Source of the DNA: Balamuthia mandrillaris
Taxonomy: Eukaryota
Length of the DNA stretch: 64,000 bases
Reading direction: 5' to 3'
Assembly: GCA_031835245.2 (NCBI GenBank)
Contig: JAVKOQ020000117.1
Coordinates: 62,001 to 126,000, forward strand
The position numbers were made by a program, and so were the translations under genes. Numbering within the stretch: position 1 is the stretch's first letter; every line of letters starts with the position of its first letter. A model generated the notes under the pieces. It worked only from the letters and a program-made list of their open reading frames with translations. It was not told where the DNA came from and did no database searches. This document shows positions 41,304 through 54,744 of the stretch, piece after piece.

Positions 41304-44300
41304 ATGGAAGAAAGAGCACTGCCGACACAACTTGCGGAACATCTCGGACGCGCAGGAGGAGCGAGTGTTTATTTTGTAGAGGCAGAAGAAGGAGAACAAC
41401 CTCGGGATGGAGACGTGGACGCGGAAGAGGTGGCCGATCAGCCGAACCGTTCTTTCCGATCTTTCATGGAGGAGGAGCAAGAGGTGAAGCAGCTTTTGGG
41501 CGCGTTGCGCAAACGCGCCAAAGAAGAGGCACCGGGCTCGCAGGATGCTGCTCTTTCCACCGAAGTCTTTGTCCAGTTCTCTCGCTTCAGTCAAATCGTA
41601 CGATTACATTCAGAGCTGATCTGTTTTCTTTTGTTTCTCTACTCACTATGTTTCTTCCTCTTCTGCTTCTCCTTCTGCTTCTCCTTCTCCTTCTCCTTCT
41701 CCTTCTCCTTCTGCTTCTCCTTCTCCTTCTGCTTCTCCTTCTGCTTCTCCTTCTGCTTCTCCTTCTCCTTTTCCTTCTCCTTCTCCTTCTCCTTCTCCTT
41801 CTCCTTCTCCTTCTCCTTCTCCTTCTCCTTCTCCTTGTCCTTCTCCTTGTCCTTGTCCTTGTCCTTGTCCTTGTCCTTGTCCTTGTCCTTGTCCTTGTCC
41901 TTGTCCTTGTCCTTGTCCTGTCCTTGTCCTTCTCCTTCTCCTTCTCCTTCTCCTTCTCCTTCTCCTTCTCCTTCTCCTTCTCCTTCTCCTTCTCCTTCTC
42001 CTTCTCCTTCTCCTTCTCCTTCTCCTTCTCCTTCTCCTTCTCCTTCTCCTTCTCCTTCTCCTTCTCCTTCTCCTTCTCCTTCTCCTTCTTCCAAGAACAG
42101 TTGGAAAAATATCAAGAACAACCGTTTCTTCTCGACCCACACCTCAGTGCTATTCTCGACTCTCTCATGAACATCATTCGCGAGGAAAGAGACAGAGCGC
42201 TAAAGGTCGAGCAGGAGCTTGCTCCACGGAGAATGGTGTACGCTGTCTCCCCTTTCATCAGCCATGTCTTTGGATTGGTTCATACTCTCTCCACCGTGCG
42301 TGGCGCCAAGACTGTTGGTTCGTGCTTCTTCCCATTTGCTTAGTGTTTTTCTTGTTGTTTTTTTCCTTGTCTGCTTCTTAGTCTGTCCCTTTTTCTTGAT
42401 CTTCCCCCTTCTGCTGTTCTTCTCTTTTCTTTCTTTATCTTTTTTTTCTGTATGCTTTATGCATCCTTCTTTGCTCCTTTGCTCCTTCCTTCTTTGCTGC
42501 TTTATGCGTTCTTCTATCATCTGTTTTGTGCTAATTTTGTGTTCTTCTTTTTATCTTTCTTTGGACAATTACAGTGAAGTACTTTCCACACACTGTATCC
42601 GACTTGCTATCAACGTTTCAGTATCTGCAGCTCCTCACTGAAGTAGAGAAAGGAAGTCAACCTGCACCTACGCCGGAAAAACTCAAAGAAGGAGAAGAAC
42701 AGGAATTGACTGCTGGAAGTAGTTCTCAAACATCACAACAGCAACAACTATGGCGGATGCGTTACGTCCTTTTACTTTGGCTCTCCGTTATTCTTTATCT
42801 TCCTTTTGATCTCTCCACCATCATCATGCCTTGCACTGAAAGTTCATCCTCTCCTTCTGGCTCATCTTCCGCTTCATCATCGTCATCTTCTCCATTAGTG
42901 AACGAGCTCCTTTCCACTGGAAAAGAATGTTTGGAGGAAGCAGCAACCACACGCGATGCCGCTGCAGCATTGCTCTCTCGTCTTCTCACTCGTCCCGATG
43001 TCGTTCGAATGGGTCATCTCAGCAACTTTTTATCCTGGTCCCACCAGAGAGTTTTTCTCTCGTCTTCGGCATCTTCTTCTACAAGCTCTCAACAGAACAT
43101 CTTTTTGGTGACGGGAGTGTTGACCACTCTTTCAGGCATTTTCAAGAAAGGCAAAAGAGAAGAGTTGTTAAAAGAAGGGGAGATGGTGATGTTGTTACTC
43201 GGAGGGTTGAAGGCCTATGGACTAAGAGGAAACCTTCTGCAGCGCAAGCTTTGTATTAAGTTGATGCAACGTTTGGGAATGACCTTTTTACGACCTGTTG
43301 TTGCTTCTTGGCGTTATCAAAGAAGTACCCCCTCTCTGTCTCTCTGTCTCCACATTCTTATTTTTTTGTTTGCTTCATTCTGCTTTGCTTTGTCTTATGT
43401 TTCTTCCTCAGATCGAAAAACGTTGCTTGCCGGACAGGACGCTTCAACTTCTGGTGTTGTTGAGGAGGTTAGCCCGGAAGAACCAGCTGCCGATGCCACC
43501 GAAGTAATAGAAGACGTACTGGGCGAGTTGCTCTCTGGTCTTAGCGACAAGGTTCACTCTTCATTCTTTTCTATTTACACTTGTTCCACAGACTGACTAA
43601 ACACGCTCATTCAAATAACTAAAACAAAATATATCAAATAATACACTAACAATCATTCAACATAGGATACTGTTGTTCGCTGGTCTTCCGCCAAAGGAAT
43701 AGGAAGAATCACCGAACGACTGCCCAAAGAAATGGGAGACGACATTGTTCAGTCTGTGTTTGAGCTCTGCTCTCCTTCTGAGAACGAGAACGCGTGGCAT
43801 GGAGCGTGCCTCGCTTTGGCCGAGCTGGCTCGTCGTGGGCTGCTGCTGGCTGAACACGTTCGTACTAGCATTCCTTTGATAAAGAAAGCTCTATGCTATG
43901 ATGAAAAACGGAGCGCAAAGACGTTAGGTATGTTTGGTTTTTTTATTTTAATGGTCTTCTTGTTATCTGCCTAATAATTGAACCAATATGGTTTCACTAT
44001 TTTTAACAACAAATGAGAACAGGTGCCAACGTAAGGGATGCTGCATGTTATGTATGTTGGGCCTTTGCCAAAGCATACGACCCAGAGTTTGTCCGCGAGC
44101 ACGTCTTCAAGGACACTCACCTTGCCTCCGCTTTGCTTCTCAATGCTCTCTTTGACCGCGAGACCAACTGTAGAAGAGCAGCGAGTGCTGCTTTACAAGA
44201 AAACATAGGACGATTAGGGCAAATAACAGCGGATGAAGGGAAGGAAGAAAACTTTCCGCATGGAATTGCGATAGTACGAAAAGCCAACTTCTTTTCTCTC

Positions 44301-44539
44301 GGCAACATCAGAGATAGTTATGTGAAGATCAGTTTCAACCTGGCCAAACTTAAGAGCTCTTCTGAGAACGATAACAACGTGTGGAGACGGCCCATTATAG
44401 ACCATCTTTATCAACACCGCATATCGCATTGGGATGCTAGAATAAGGGAGTATAGTGCAGCTTCGTTGGCGGAGCTGGTTCGTCTTGAACCATCATACTT
44501 TGTGGAGACGGTGCTTCCTCATTTGGTTTGTTGCTCATC

Positions 44540-44576
<37 letters not shown>

Positions 44577-47226
44577 ACAATTGATTGTGCTTGCGCTCTT
44601 ATCTATTATGTGTTTTGTAACACAGATACCCCTAACTTCATCAAGAGATCTCGATGAAAGACATGGCAGCATTTTGGCTGTAGCTAGCATCACACTATCT
44701 CTATCCACTGATACTAATTTTGTCTGGCGACAATCAACCTCTTTTTCCTCTTTGGAAGCGGTACGTTTCTTTCTTTTTTGTTATTTTCTTTGGTCCTTCC
44801 ACTCACTCTTAATGTAAAAAGGATATTGCAGCAATAGTACCAAACTTGACTGCCGCTCGTTTGTTCACAGGACGGGGTGGTGAACTTATTCGTAAGGCTG
44901 TCTGTCTACTCATTGAGAGCGTTGCCAAAGCCTCTCTTTCTCTTTCTACTCCCGCTGCAACTGCTTCGTCTTCATCCTCTTCTCGAACCAGTTTAGCGAG
45001 TTTACGACAACAGCGACAACAGAAAAAGACAAAGAGACAAGTTTATGCAGAGGTTTTGGACGAGTGTTTGAAACATCCAAACGAAGAGATCTCTCAAGAC
45101 TTTGCCGTGAAAGCCTTCAGAGCATTTCAAGAAGCATATCACGTCAACGGGACTGGCGAACAATGGAGAGATAAGGTATTGTGGCTCTGTTAAAAAATGT
45201 TGGTTTGTTGCTGATTATTTGTTTTGGAAAAAAAAAACCAATAGCACGTGCTTCAGTTTGTAGCACAATTGAATGAAGCAGATAGTCCATTTGTGAGAAG
45301 GGGTTATGCCTTGGCATTGGGAGCATTACCAGCTCCTCTGCTGGACACAGAGGATGGTAAACGATGCCACGCTGTTGTTTCTGCCCTTCTGGACAATTGC
45401 GTTGTTTCTTCTTCTGCTGCTGCTGCTTCTTCAGCTTCTGCTTCTTCTTCTGCAACCGACAATAACACTGAGCAACCGCAGCGACCACCGTATGATGACG
45501 TTCAGACGAGACAAAACGCTGCAATATCCTTGGGAAATCTTGCTGACTGTCTATCATCTGCAGGTTTGTCATTTTGTTTTCGGTCGTTAACCCCAATCAT
45601 TCTAACTCGTTTTATTCTTTATCATTTCGTGTTTCATGCTGTCTCTCGCTTGCTTTCTTTGTGGGCATTATCAACATATGTATACAGCAATTCGTACACA
45701 CTTTGGCGCCATCGCGTCGACTCTCTTGAAAGCATTGGAGGACTACACAACTGATGGGCGTGGCGATGTTGGCTCATGGGTCCGTAAAGCAGCCGTCAAT
45801 GCGATGGTCAAGTGGACCATCAAGGTTTGCCAGTTGCAGCTTGAAGATAAAGTAGCGGAAGATTTGTGGAACGCTGAGTTATGCAAGGTATACTTTTCTG
45901 TGCCCTTTTCATTACTCCATATCTTCGCAGTTTCTCTACTGATCATTAACAACATAATGCAGAACTTAATGGCCAAACTAGTGGGTCAATGTGTGGAGAA
46001 AGGAGATCGCATCCGACAAAACGCGGGTGAAGCGTTTCAACAACTGCTGTACCACACTCGGCCTGAAATTCCATTTATTCCACATCGTGAAGACTTGTTG
46101 AAGCTCTTTCCCATTTTGTATGCTTTCCTTGCTTTTTTAACTGTTCGCTTTTATGTTATTTCATTTTTGCTTTCTATCTCATCTTTGTTTCTTGTATCTG
46201 CTTCTTTCAGACCAACAGCATTAAATTGGGCCGCTTCTTCTGTGGTATACCCAAGAGCTGTACAGCTGTTACGTTACGAAGAGTACCGACATGAGGTTAT
46301 CTGCTCCCTCGCTGTCTCGATAGGAGGTGGAACTGTCTCGGTTGCCAGGGATGCAGGTTCACGTTTCGTTCGCCACCTTTCTACCAATTGAAAATAATCT
46401 CTCTCTTTCTCTCTCTTCTCTCTTTCTCTCTTTCTCTCTTTCTCTCTCTTAGCCTAATATAACCTTAAACAACAGAGGAGTCATTGTGCAATTATCTTGG
46501 AGAACTCAAACAAGAGCCAGTGGACGACAGCGATCTGCCACCGACATTGAAACTTGTTTCGCACGAAATGGCAATTGTACTTCGGAAGGCTATTCTTCAA
46601 CGTGACGACCGGTTGATCATTCCAATGTTGAAGACACTGACTGCTGTGCTTGCTTCCGGCCATCTTTCCATTTTACAACCCTCAAAGTAATCTTTCTTTG
46701 TGTCTCTTTTCCTCCTCTCTTCTGCATTCTCATCAAAAACCAAACAAACATAGAAACGCATGGAGCAAGAACGTTCTGAAGCTCGTTTCAGCCGTAGTAA
46801 GACAAAGCAGTAAAGATGCCATCAAGCTCCTCGAAAGCGTCAAAGTGTATGTCTCTCTATCCCTTCCTTGAATGATTGCTTACTGTCTTTTTGCCTCATT
46901 CTAAAAGTTTGTGCGGACTTTTAAGTTTTGGAGACACCACAAGAACACAAGCATTAGATCAGCTGATGCTCCTCCTTTCACACCCCTTTCCAAAGTTGCG
47001 TTCTTTCACAGCAGACACACTTGCAGCTGCTCTTCTGAAAACAGACGAAACCACAACAGAAGAGAACAAAACAGCCATCCTACACCTCTTAGTGGAACCA
47101 GAGCATTGGCTGACTTCAGACCTTTCCGTCGTCCACGAGAAGAGGAAGGAGTTGTGCCAGCTGTTAGGCATCGCTGCGCCTCACCCCATCATCACCCCTC
47201 CTAAACGAAACACATCTCCAGTTTAA
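41304..47226 (+). CDS. TBCD: Tubulin-specific chaperone D (HEAT repeats), multi-exon
   Basis: [135 protein letters not shown]. Confidence 0.95.
41660..42090 (+). repeat. Intronic (TTCTCC/TTGTCC)n hexamer array
   Basis: Directly visible in TBCD intron 1. Confidence 0.9.
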
Positions 47227-47556
47227 CGCATCAAATAAAGCACGTATTTTGTCTTGCTTCTGCTTATGGTATTTTTGTTTTTTTTCTTTCTACCTTTGTT
47301 ACTTCTGGCGCTGCTGGCGTTCTCCATCGAGAGGCTCTCGTTGTTCGCCTATTTGATCGTTGTTTTCCATGTCGGTAGAGGATGTGCGCATTTCTTTGAA
47401 TGTTGAGGAGGGGTTTTCTGTTTGCTGTTGCCTTTTGTGCCTTAGCCACAAGCGTTACAAGTCGACGAAGCGACGCTTCATTTTTCTTTTTAAAGAGATA
47501 ATGTCGACACCCATCGTCCTTCGCGACGTCATGAAAAACAGTTAAGGCCTTCGACG

Positions 47557-48180
47557 ATGAAGAAAGAAGAAGCTTTCTTGCGATGGTTACATGAGGAAGG
47601 CTTCCCAGCTTTTCCCTTGGTGGAGTTGCACCGCTTTCCAGAGAATGAAGGAGGCAACGGCCTTCGTGCTGTTCGTGATCTAAAGGTATCCCTCTCTCTC
47701 ACCTTTTTGTTTCTCTCCTTCTTCTTCTTCGCGCTGAACTACCATTTCTGCTTCTTCCTTGTTCCTCTTCTTCTCCTCTTTTTCTTCTTCTTCCTCCTCC
47801 TCGTCTTCTTCCTTCTTCTTCCTTAGAGTGGAGAGCTAGTGATGCGAGTTCCGAAACGGTTTCTTCTCAACAAAGAGTCGGCGTTACGCTCGCCTCTGCT
47901 TGGACCCGTCGTCCAGAAGGAAGGCGATGCCCTGGATGCTGTGGATCCTCGCCTCTGCTTGGCTCTCTTTATTCTCTACCAACTCCAACATCCGCAAACC
48001 TCCTTTTGGAGACCGTATTTAGGTTTGCTTTCTTGTCGTGTCTTTCTTTCTTGTCGTTTCTCTCTCTCTCTCTCTGTCGTTTCTCTCTCTCTCTCTCTCT
48101 CTCTCTTTCTTGTCGTTTCTTTCTTTCTTTCTTTGTCTCTTCTCTCTCTCTCTCTCTTTCTTGTCGTTTCTTTCTTTCTT

Positions 48181-48230
<50 letters not shown>

Positions 48231-48506
48231 TTCTTTTGCCTTGTTTCTTTAGTATCTTTAGGTCTCAACTATGCTCAAAAAAAAAAAACTAACAGACGTT
48301 CTGCCGGTTCGTCCGAATGTGCCATTTTATTGGAGTAAAGAGGAGCTGCACGAGTTGCAAGGATCAGCCGTGCTCTCGTACGTTTGTGAGCTCAGACAGA
48401 AGTGGTACCACTATTATCATAACCTCATATTACCCATTTTATTGGTTAGTTTATTGCCCTCTCTGTTCTTCTTCTCCATTCTCCTATCTTGAAAACTCTC
48501 TTTCTT

Positions 48507-48541
<35 letters not shown>

Positions 48542-49717
48542 TTGTTGTTCGTTCTGACAATACTTTAACGATACTTAAAAACACAGAGACATCCAGATCT
48601 CTTTCCAGGCGAACACCTCATTCACTGCTCCAATACCGACAACACCGAGTCTCAATTCTACTGGGCAATGTCCCACATCCATTCCAGAGCTTTTTGGCAT
48701 CACTCTTCTGCTTCTTCCACGAGAGCTAGCCCTTCTGCTTCTTCTTCCTCTTCATCATCCTCCATTGTTCTAGTTCCATCCATGTTGCCAATGGGAGATA
48801 TGTTCAATCACAGTCTCACCAACAGCAACATCTCTTCCTTCTTCTACGACAATCAAAGCGAAGAATACAATATCTTCATCAAGCGGAACTACACAATAGG
48901 TGAACAAGTGTTCATCACGTACAATTTGGAGAGCAACTACGAGCTGTTAGTTGGTTATGGCCTCTTTTTTGAGGATAACGCATTGCAGAGAACTCGCTTG
49001 CGCTTCTCTCCTCGCTCATTTCTTGCCACACGACTCCCTTCTTTTGCTTCTGTCTCTTTCTCCAAAGAGAACGAAGAGAAGAAAGCAAAGATAAGACGAT
49101 TCTTGAAAGCAAAAGAAATCTGGAAGAAAGAAGAATACGAGCTGGTGGCTGATGAACTACCGATGGAACTCGTCCGAACGCTTCGTTTGTTGTTTGTTAT
49201 GATTGATGACTTTTGTAAGACAGAAAACGCAAAAGAAGAAAGATGGGAAGCTGGTTGGCTGAAGGATGACACAACGGACGTTTGTATCGAGAGAAATGTA
49301 TTTGCATGTCTTGCTGGATTATGTTGCGACCAACTTGCCGCCTTTCCTACTTCTCTTGATGAAGATCTCCTGTTGCTTGCTTCGTCTCAGTCTTCTGTTG
49401 GAGGCAACTACGTAACGGCACTCAAGTATCGCATCACGGAAAAACGCTTTCTTCAACGAATGCAACAAACATTTGACCAAATGACAGCAGCAATGAGCGA
49501 CCTGATGATACGCCATCAAGCTACCAACAAACAACCAGCTTCACCCTGTTCTCGTTCTGCCACCGTTCCTTTTCTTCTTTCTGACTTGTTCTTTGACGCA
49601 TACAACAACGCAACGACAACGATGAAAGAGCAATCTGCACAACGGAGCGAACCTCCAATTCCGCCGCCTCGAGAAGGAAGACGACGACCGTCCATTCTTT
49701 CCACGGAGCCAACGTAA
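47557..49717 (+). CDS. SET-domain N-lysine methyltransferase (Rubisco-LSMT/SETD3/SETD6-like), multi-exon
   Basis: GGNGLRAVRDL, SFWRPYL..LP, W..EELHELQGS, HSRAF, LPMGDMFNHS, GEQVFITY..SNYELLVGYG. C-terminal FPTSLDEDL..ALKYRITEKRFL. The 3' end is uncertain. Confidence 0.88.
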
Positions 49718-49752
49718 GTCCTTTCTCGTCTCGTCTCGTCTCGTCTCGTCTC

Positions 49753-49799
<47 letters not shown>

Positions 49800-50031
49800 G
49801 AAAGTTCTTGTCAGGTAACGCCTTACAAGATCTCTTCTTGCTCATCGATCGCCTATAATAGGCAAAGAATCTGACCGTAAAGGACACCAGAGCAACTATA
49901 ACCGTCGTTTCGTACTGGTTCTTTCCAGAGGAGGAAACAGATAGAAGCGGTTCCTTCAACGGACGCAGACCAACTTCAAGAGAACGAGCAAAAAAGAGAA
50001 AGCCACCAACTACAAGGAAATAGTTTGAAAA

Positions 50032-50840
50032 ATGAACACATATAGCGGCGCCAATCGAAGTTTTGGAAGTGGGATCGGGCCAAGAACGAGAGGAGCGACT
50101 ACCAACGACGCTTCAGTCACAACTGCAAAAGACAGCAAAATGACCGACTGGGTCGCCAAAATGAACGAAATGCGAAAGATGAGAGAAGACACCAGAAGTC
50201 TTCTCAGCAGCAGCAACAATCTTCCTGCTCCTGCTTCTTCTTCTCCTTCTTCAGCAAGTCACACTGCTCCTCTTCCTTCTGTAACATCGGCAAGCTGCAG
50301 ACCGTATCCTCAACCACAAAGATCACATACATTTTCCAGTTTTCCAGCTCGTCTTCACAGCAACAACACTGTTGCTACGAGAGACCGACCGAAAGTGAAT
50401 GATACCTCCTTCTTCCAACAACCAAATGCCTCTGCTTCAACTTCTTCTGTTCCTGCAACCAAAGATACCGCTTCAAATGCAGCTGCAACAACTACAGCAA
50501 CGATTTCTCCCAACAGTTCGTTGGGAACGGCTGCTCCTTCTGCTTCTTCTTATTCCTCTTGGATGAGTTCACGCAACAGCACCAATAATACAACAGGCAC
50601 AGACAGGAAAGGTCCGCCTCCAGTGGTCCCACCCCGAACCTTTTCTCCCTCTTCATCGTCTGCTGAACCTGTTGCCAATCCAATGCCCACTGCCAGTTCG
50701 TATTCGTCTTCATCGTCAGAAGTGGAAGACCTGAGAAGAAAGTTGGCAGAGAGTGAAGCAGCACATGCTAAAACCAGAGAAGAATTAGAAAACATGAAGC
50801 AACGCAGAGTTGTACGCTTTATCTTCTCTTCCCTTTTACT

Positions 50841-50881
<41 letters not shown>

Positions 50882-52428
50882 CTCGTCCTCTCTTCAACTT
50901 GTGTTGTTATACTAAACAATTTTGCAGGAAGCAAGAAGTCGAGTTCTTCGCGCAAAGCAACAACAACTTGGTCAGCTAAAAGCCACCTCTGAACTACGCC
51001 AGCAGCAACGTCGTGCCCCAGAAACCAATCCACGTCCGCAAAAGTTTGTGTTTCTTTGTCTATTTTTTTTTCTACTCTAACGAGCTTCACTTTTACAGAG
51101 AAACAAGAGGATCAAGAAGAATGACCAATCGTAAAGTCACAAATCACATTGACAGCGTGCTCACCATGATGACAACGCTGGAGAAAGCTATCGCTACTGC
51201 TGAGGCCGGAAGGACAAAAGCTGAATACGAGCTCATCGAATACGCCAAAGAAATGGTTAATTATATTTCCCTTCTCTTCCGTCAATGCATGCACTTATTA
51301 GCAAAACTCTTATTGTTTACTCTCTTGTATAAAATAAACAAAAGAGAGGACAAGAAGCAGCAATGCAGGCCATTAATGTAGAATTGGAGAAAGCAATGAA
51401 ACTTACCACCAGATTGCTTGACCAAACCAGGTTTTTCTTGTTTCTTTCGCGTCCCTCTTCTTTCTTCTAACTTCTTTTCTGCTCATTATTATTATTATTA
51501 AACAGTACCAACCAAGCTCTCAACGACTCCGTCTTGGGTCTCAAAACCATCATTTGGCAATGTCAAAACCTCTCTGACGGCTCTCCTCAACACAATTCTA
51601 CTCTTCCTCCTTCCGGTGCCACTCTCCTCTCCCCCAACGTGGATCGATTGCACTCTCCGGCCCTGCGGAGTCGGTCCCACACAGAACGTCGTCCTTCTGG
51701 TCTCGGTGCAGGCTTCGGTGCTTCTGTGAACGTTGCTCCTATGCCTCCACCGCCGATGGCACCGGCACCACCTCCGCCTTCTGCCATGCCGTTCGTGATG
51801 GTGACCACTGACGCCGCTCCAGGTTCTCTTCCTCGTTCTCTTGTTCTCTCTTTTTATTGTGCTTTTCTAACGCAGGTTCCAAAGGAGATGGAAGCGGTGG
51901 CAAATCACTGTTGCAACAGATTCGCGAAGGCAAAGACCTGAACAAGATTGACCTCGACGCAATGCTCAAGGTTGTCTTTCTCTTTCCTCTCTCCTTCTTC
52001 ATTTCTTGCTTTGTTATCTCTTTCTTTTTTGTCGTTTCTTTCTTTCCTCTCTTTCTCTTTCGTCGTTTCTCTTTCTCTTTCGTCGTTTCTCTTTCTCTTT
52101 CTCTTTCTCTTTCTCTTTCTCTTTCTCTTTCTCTTTCTCTTTCTCTTTCTCTTTCGTCGTTTCTCTTTCTCTCCGATATAGCAGCTTACCATTGTTACCT
52201 ACCAAACAACAACCAAACAAAAAAAAAAAGCAACAAAAACTTAGAAAGAGGCGCAGCAGCTGTCTCATAGCCTCCCTGGCGGAGACCCTCCGCAAAGCGA
52301 TGGGAGAGCGCCGCGGGTACATGGGCGAGGAGGACGGCGAGGAGGACGGCGACGACGGCGACGATGGAAACGACCCGCTGTGTGACAGCGATGAGGAGTG
52401 GGAGGCCTACGAGGATGCCACTTGGTGA
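50032..52428 (+). CDS. Coiled-coil + polyproline + WH2-C-A (VCA) protein; putative Arp2/3 nucleation-promoting factor, multi-exon
   Basis: PMPPPPMAPAPPPP. WH2: GGKSLLQQIREGKDLNKID. C: SLAETLRKAMGERR. Acidic tail DSDEEWEAYEDATW. Confidence 0.75.
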
Positions 52429-52429
52429 A

Positions 52430-52810
52430 CGAAAAAAAATAAAAAAAGAAAACATAACAAATAACAAATAAATTTAAAAGAAGAAAAAAAAAGAAAAAAG
52501 AAAAGAAAAAAACAGAAAAAAAAAAGAAAACAGAAAAAAGAAATAAGAAAAAAGAAAACAGAAAACGGGAAAAAAACAAAAAGCAAAAAAAAAGTTAAAA
52601 AAAAAAGCAAAAAAAAAGAAAAAAGAAAAGAAAAAACAGAAAAAAAAGAAAACAGAAATAAGAAATAAGAAAAAAGAAAACAGAAAAAACAGAAAAAAAA
52701 AGAAAATAGAAAAAAGAAATAAGAAATAAGAAAAAAAAAACAAGAAGCAAAAAAAAAAAGAAAAAAAAAAGAAAAAAGACAATAAATAAATAAAAAGAAA
52801 AAAAAAAAGG
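52430..52810 (+). repeat. A-rich low-complexity tract (AAAAG/AAAC units) downstream of the WCA gene
   Basis: Directly visible. Almost no C or T over ~380 bp. Confidence 0.85.
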
Positions 52811-53120
52811 TGCACACGTGGCAAGCTCCAAAGGTACCGGTTAACCGGGTTACTGTTACGCTTGAAAAAATAAACAGAAGAAAGAAAAAACATGTTTCAC
52901 AGAAGAACAGGACTCAACTTCTTCTTTGGGTTTTGTTCTTCTTCTTTCGTTCGTTGACTTAAAGAAATATATATAATAGTTCCAAAAAAAAAAAGATCTT
53001 TTCCACTGTACATACACGATCTTAAGCGACTTTCTTCTTCTTCTTCTTTCTTCTTTCTTCTGCACTTCTTTCAAAGTGCTCACGCAAGCATCCAGCGAGG
53101 GAAAAAAAAAAAAAACAAAG

Positions 53121-53988
53121 ATGGCGGCGACCCATCAGCGGCAACAACAGCCGTTCATCCTGACGTTGTTGAAGGTGCCCTACCTGGCCTCCTTCTTGAT
53201 CGCTTACTATAACTGCCTGTTGGTGGCCCTTCCGCTTCAGCTCTACTTGTTGATCAGCTCTGTACGTTTTTTTTTCTTTATTTTTTTATATTTTTATATT
53301 TATTTTTATATTTTTATATTTTTTATATTTTTATTTTTATATTTTATATTTATTTTTATTTATTTTTATTTATTTTAAATATAAAAATATAGAAAATAGT
53401 GAACTCGAGAGGACTGCTTCGCTCCCGTCGCGTTCATCTGTTGTTGTGGCTGCCGCGATGGCTGTTGGCCACCCTCTTCCCGCCGTGCTGCGTCGGCTAC
53501 GTCCTCGCCCTTTGTTACTTGTTGTGGGGGTGGGTGCATGAGGAGGGACCTCTCATCGCTGCCTTGTCCTGTGCTTCTTTGGCCATTGGTAATGCTTTCT
53601 TTCTTTCTTCTTTCTTCTTTCTTCTCTCTTGTTCTTGTTCTTCTGCCTCTTCTTGTTCTGCTCGTTCTTCTTGTTCTTGTTCTTGTTCTTCTTCTTGTTG
53701 TTGTTGTTGTTCTTGTTCTTGTTCTTGTTCTTGTTCTTGTTCTTGTTCTTGTTCTTGTTCTTCTTCTCTCTTCTCTCTTCTCTCTTCTTTCACCCATCTG
53801 TCTTCACTCATCGTTGTTCTTCTCATCATTCCTATTTTCTGCTGTTGACTGATTGGTTGACCACAACAAAGTGTTATTGGGATGTGTGTGGAAAGGACTT
53901 CATCTGCACCAAGGAGGAAGGCTTGGTGACGTTCAATTGTTCGTTTTCCTCTCCCTCTTCGTTCTCTGCTTCTGCTTTGCTGCGCTCT

Positions 53989-54037
<49 letters not shown>

Positions 54038-54700
54038 CTCTTCTCTTCTCTCGTTGTTCGTCTCCTAACGATCACCGCAACGTATAGAGGGTTGTACATG
54101 AAGAACACATGGGAGGCACAAAAGGACATGGGTGCCTTCCTTGCATGCCTCCTCGTCATTCTTGGTCTCATCAGGTCTTCTTTCTTTCTGCATTCGTTAT
54201 TGCTCCTTTCGCTTTTCATTCTTTGTGCTTATCTTATCGCTTCAAAACATGCAAGGATTCCACACTTAATATCATGGGTGAGAAAGAATGGAGAGAAACC
54301 AGCTTTTATCGGTTACTGTTACCGACAGCTGCTCTACACGCTGTTGGACTATCTCTGTCTCCCTTTCCTGTTAATAGTGTTGCTTACTGTTTGGCGCTTC
54401 AACGACATGAAGCGGTTGTTGAAACTTTACGTTAGTTCTTCTTCTACTTCTTCTTGCTTCTTGCTTCTTGCTTTGTGCTGCTTGCAGCTTGCTTCTTCCT
54501 TTTTATGCCTTCTTCCTTATTTTCTTATTCTTGTTCTCGTATTTCCATTCAAAGGAAGGTGATGAGATTCAACAGCGACTAGCAGTGGTAGCATCCGCAT
54601 TAAACGCTCTCTTGGACCTTCCGTTCTTCGTATGCGCTGTACCAATGCTCATTACTGTTTGGCGATGTCCCGTCTTCATTCCTCTTTGGTGGAATGTATG

Positions 54701-54744
<44 letters not shown>

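Noticed and set aside
41639..42170. EG/KD/RR/SP-repeat ORFs, or a CRISPR-like or telomeric array
   Set aside because: Simple hexamer microsatellite in a TBCD intron; no spacers and not a telomeric unit.
52430..52850. A-rich tract as a retroelement poly(A) tail, and the palindrome CCGGTTAACCGG at 52837
   Set aside because: No RT remnant or target-site duplication seen. A single 12-bp palindrome is weak evidence.
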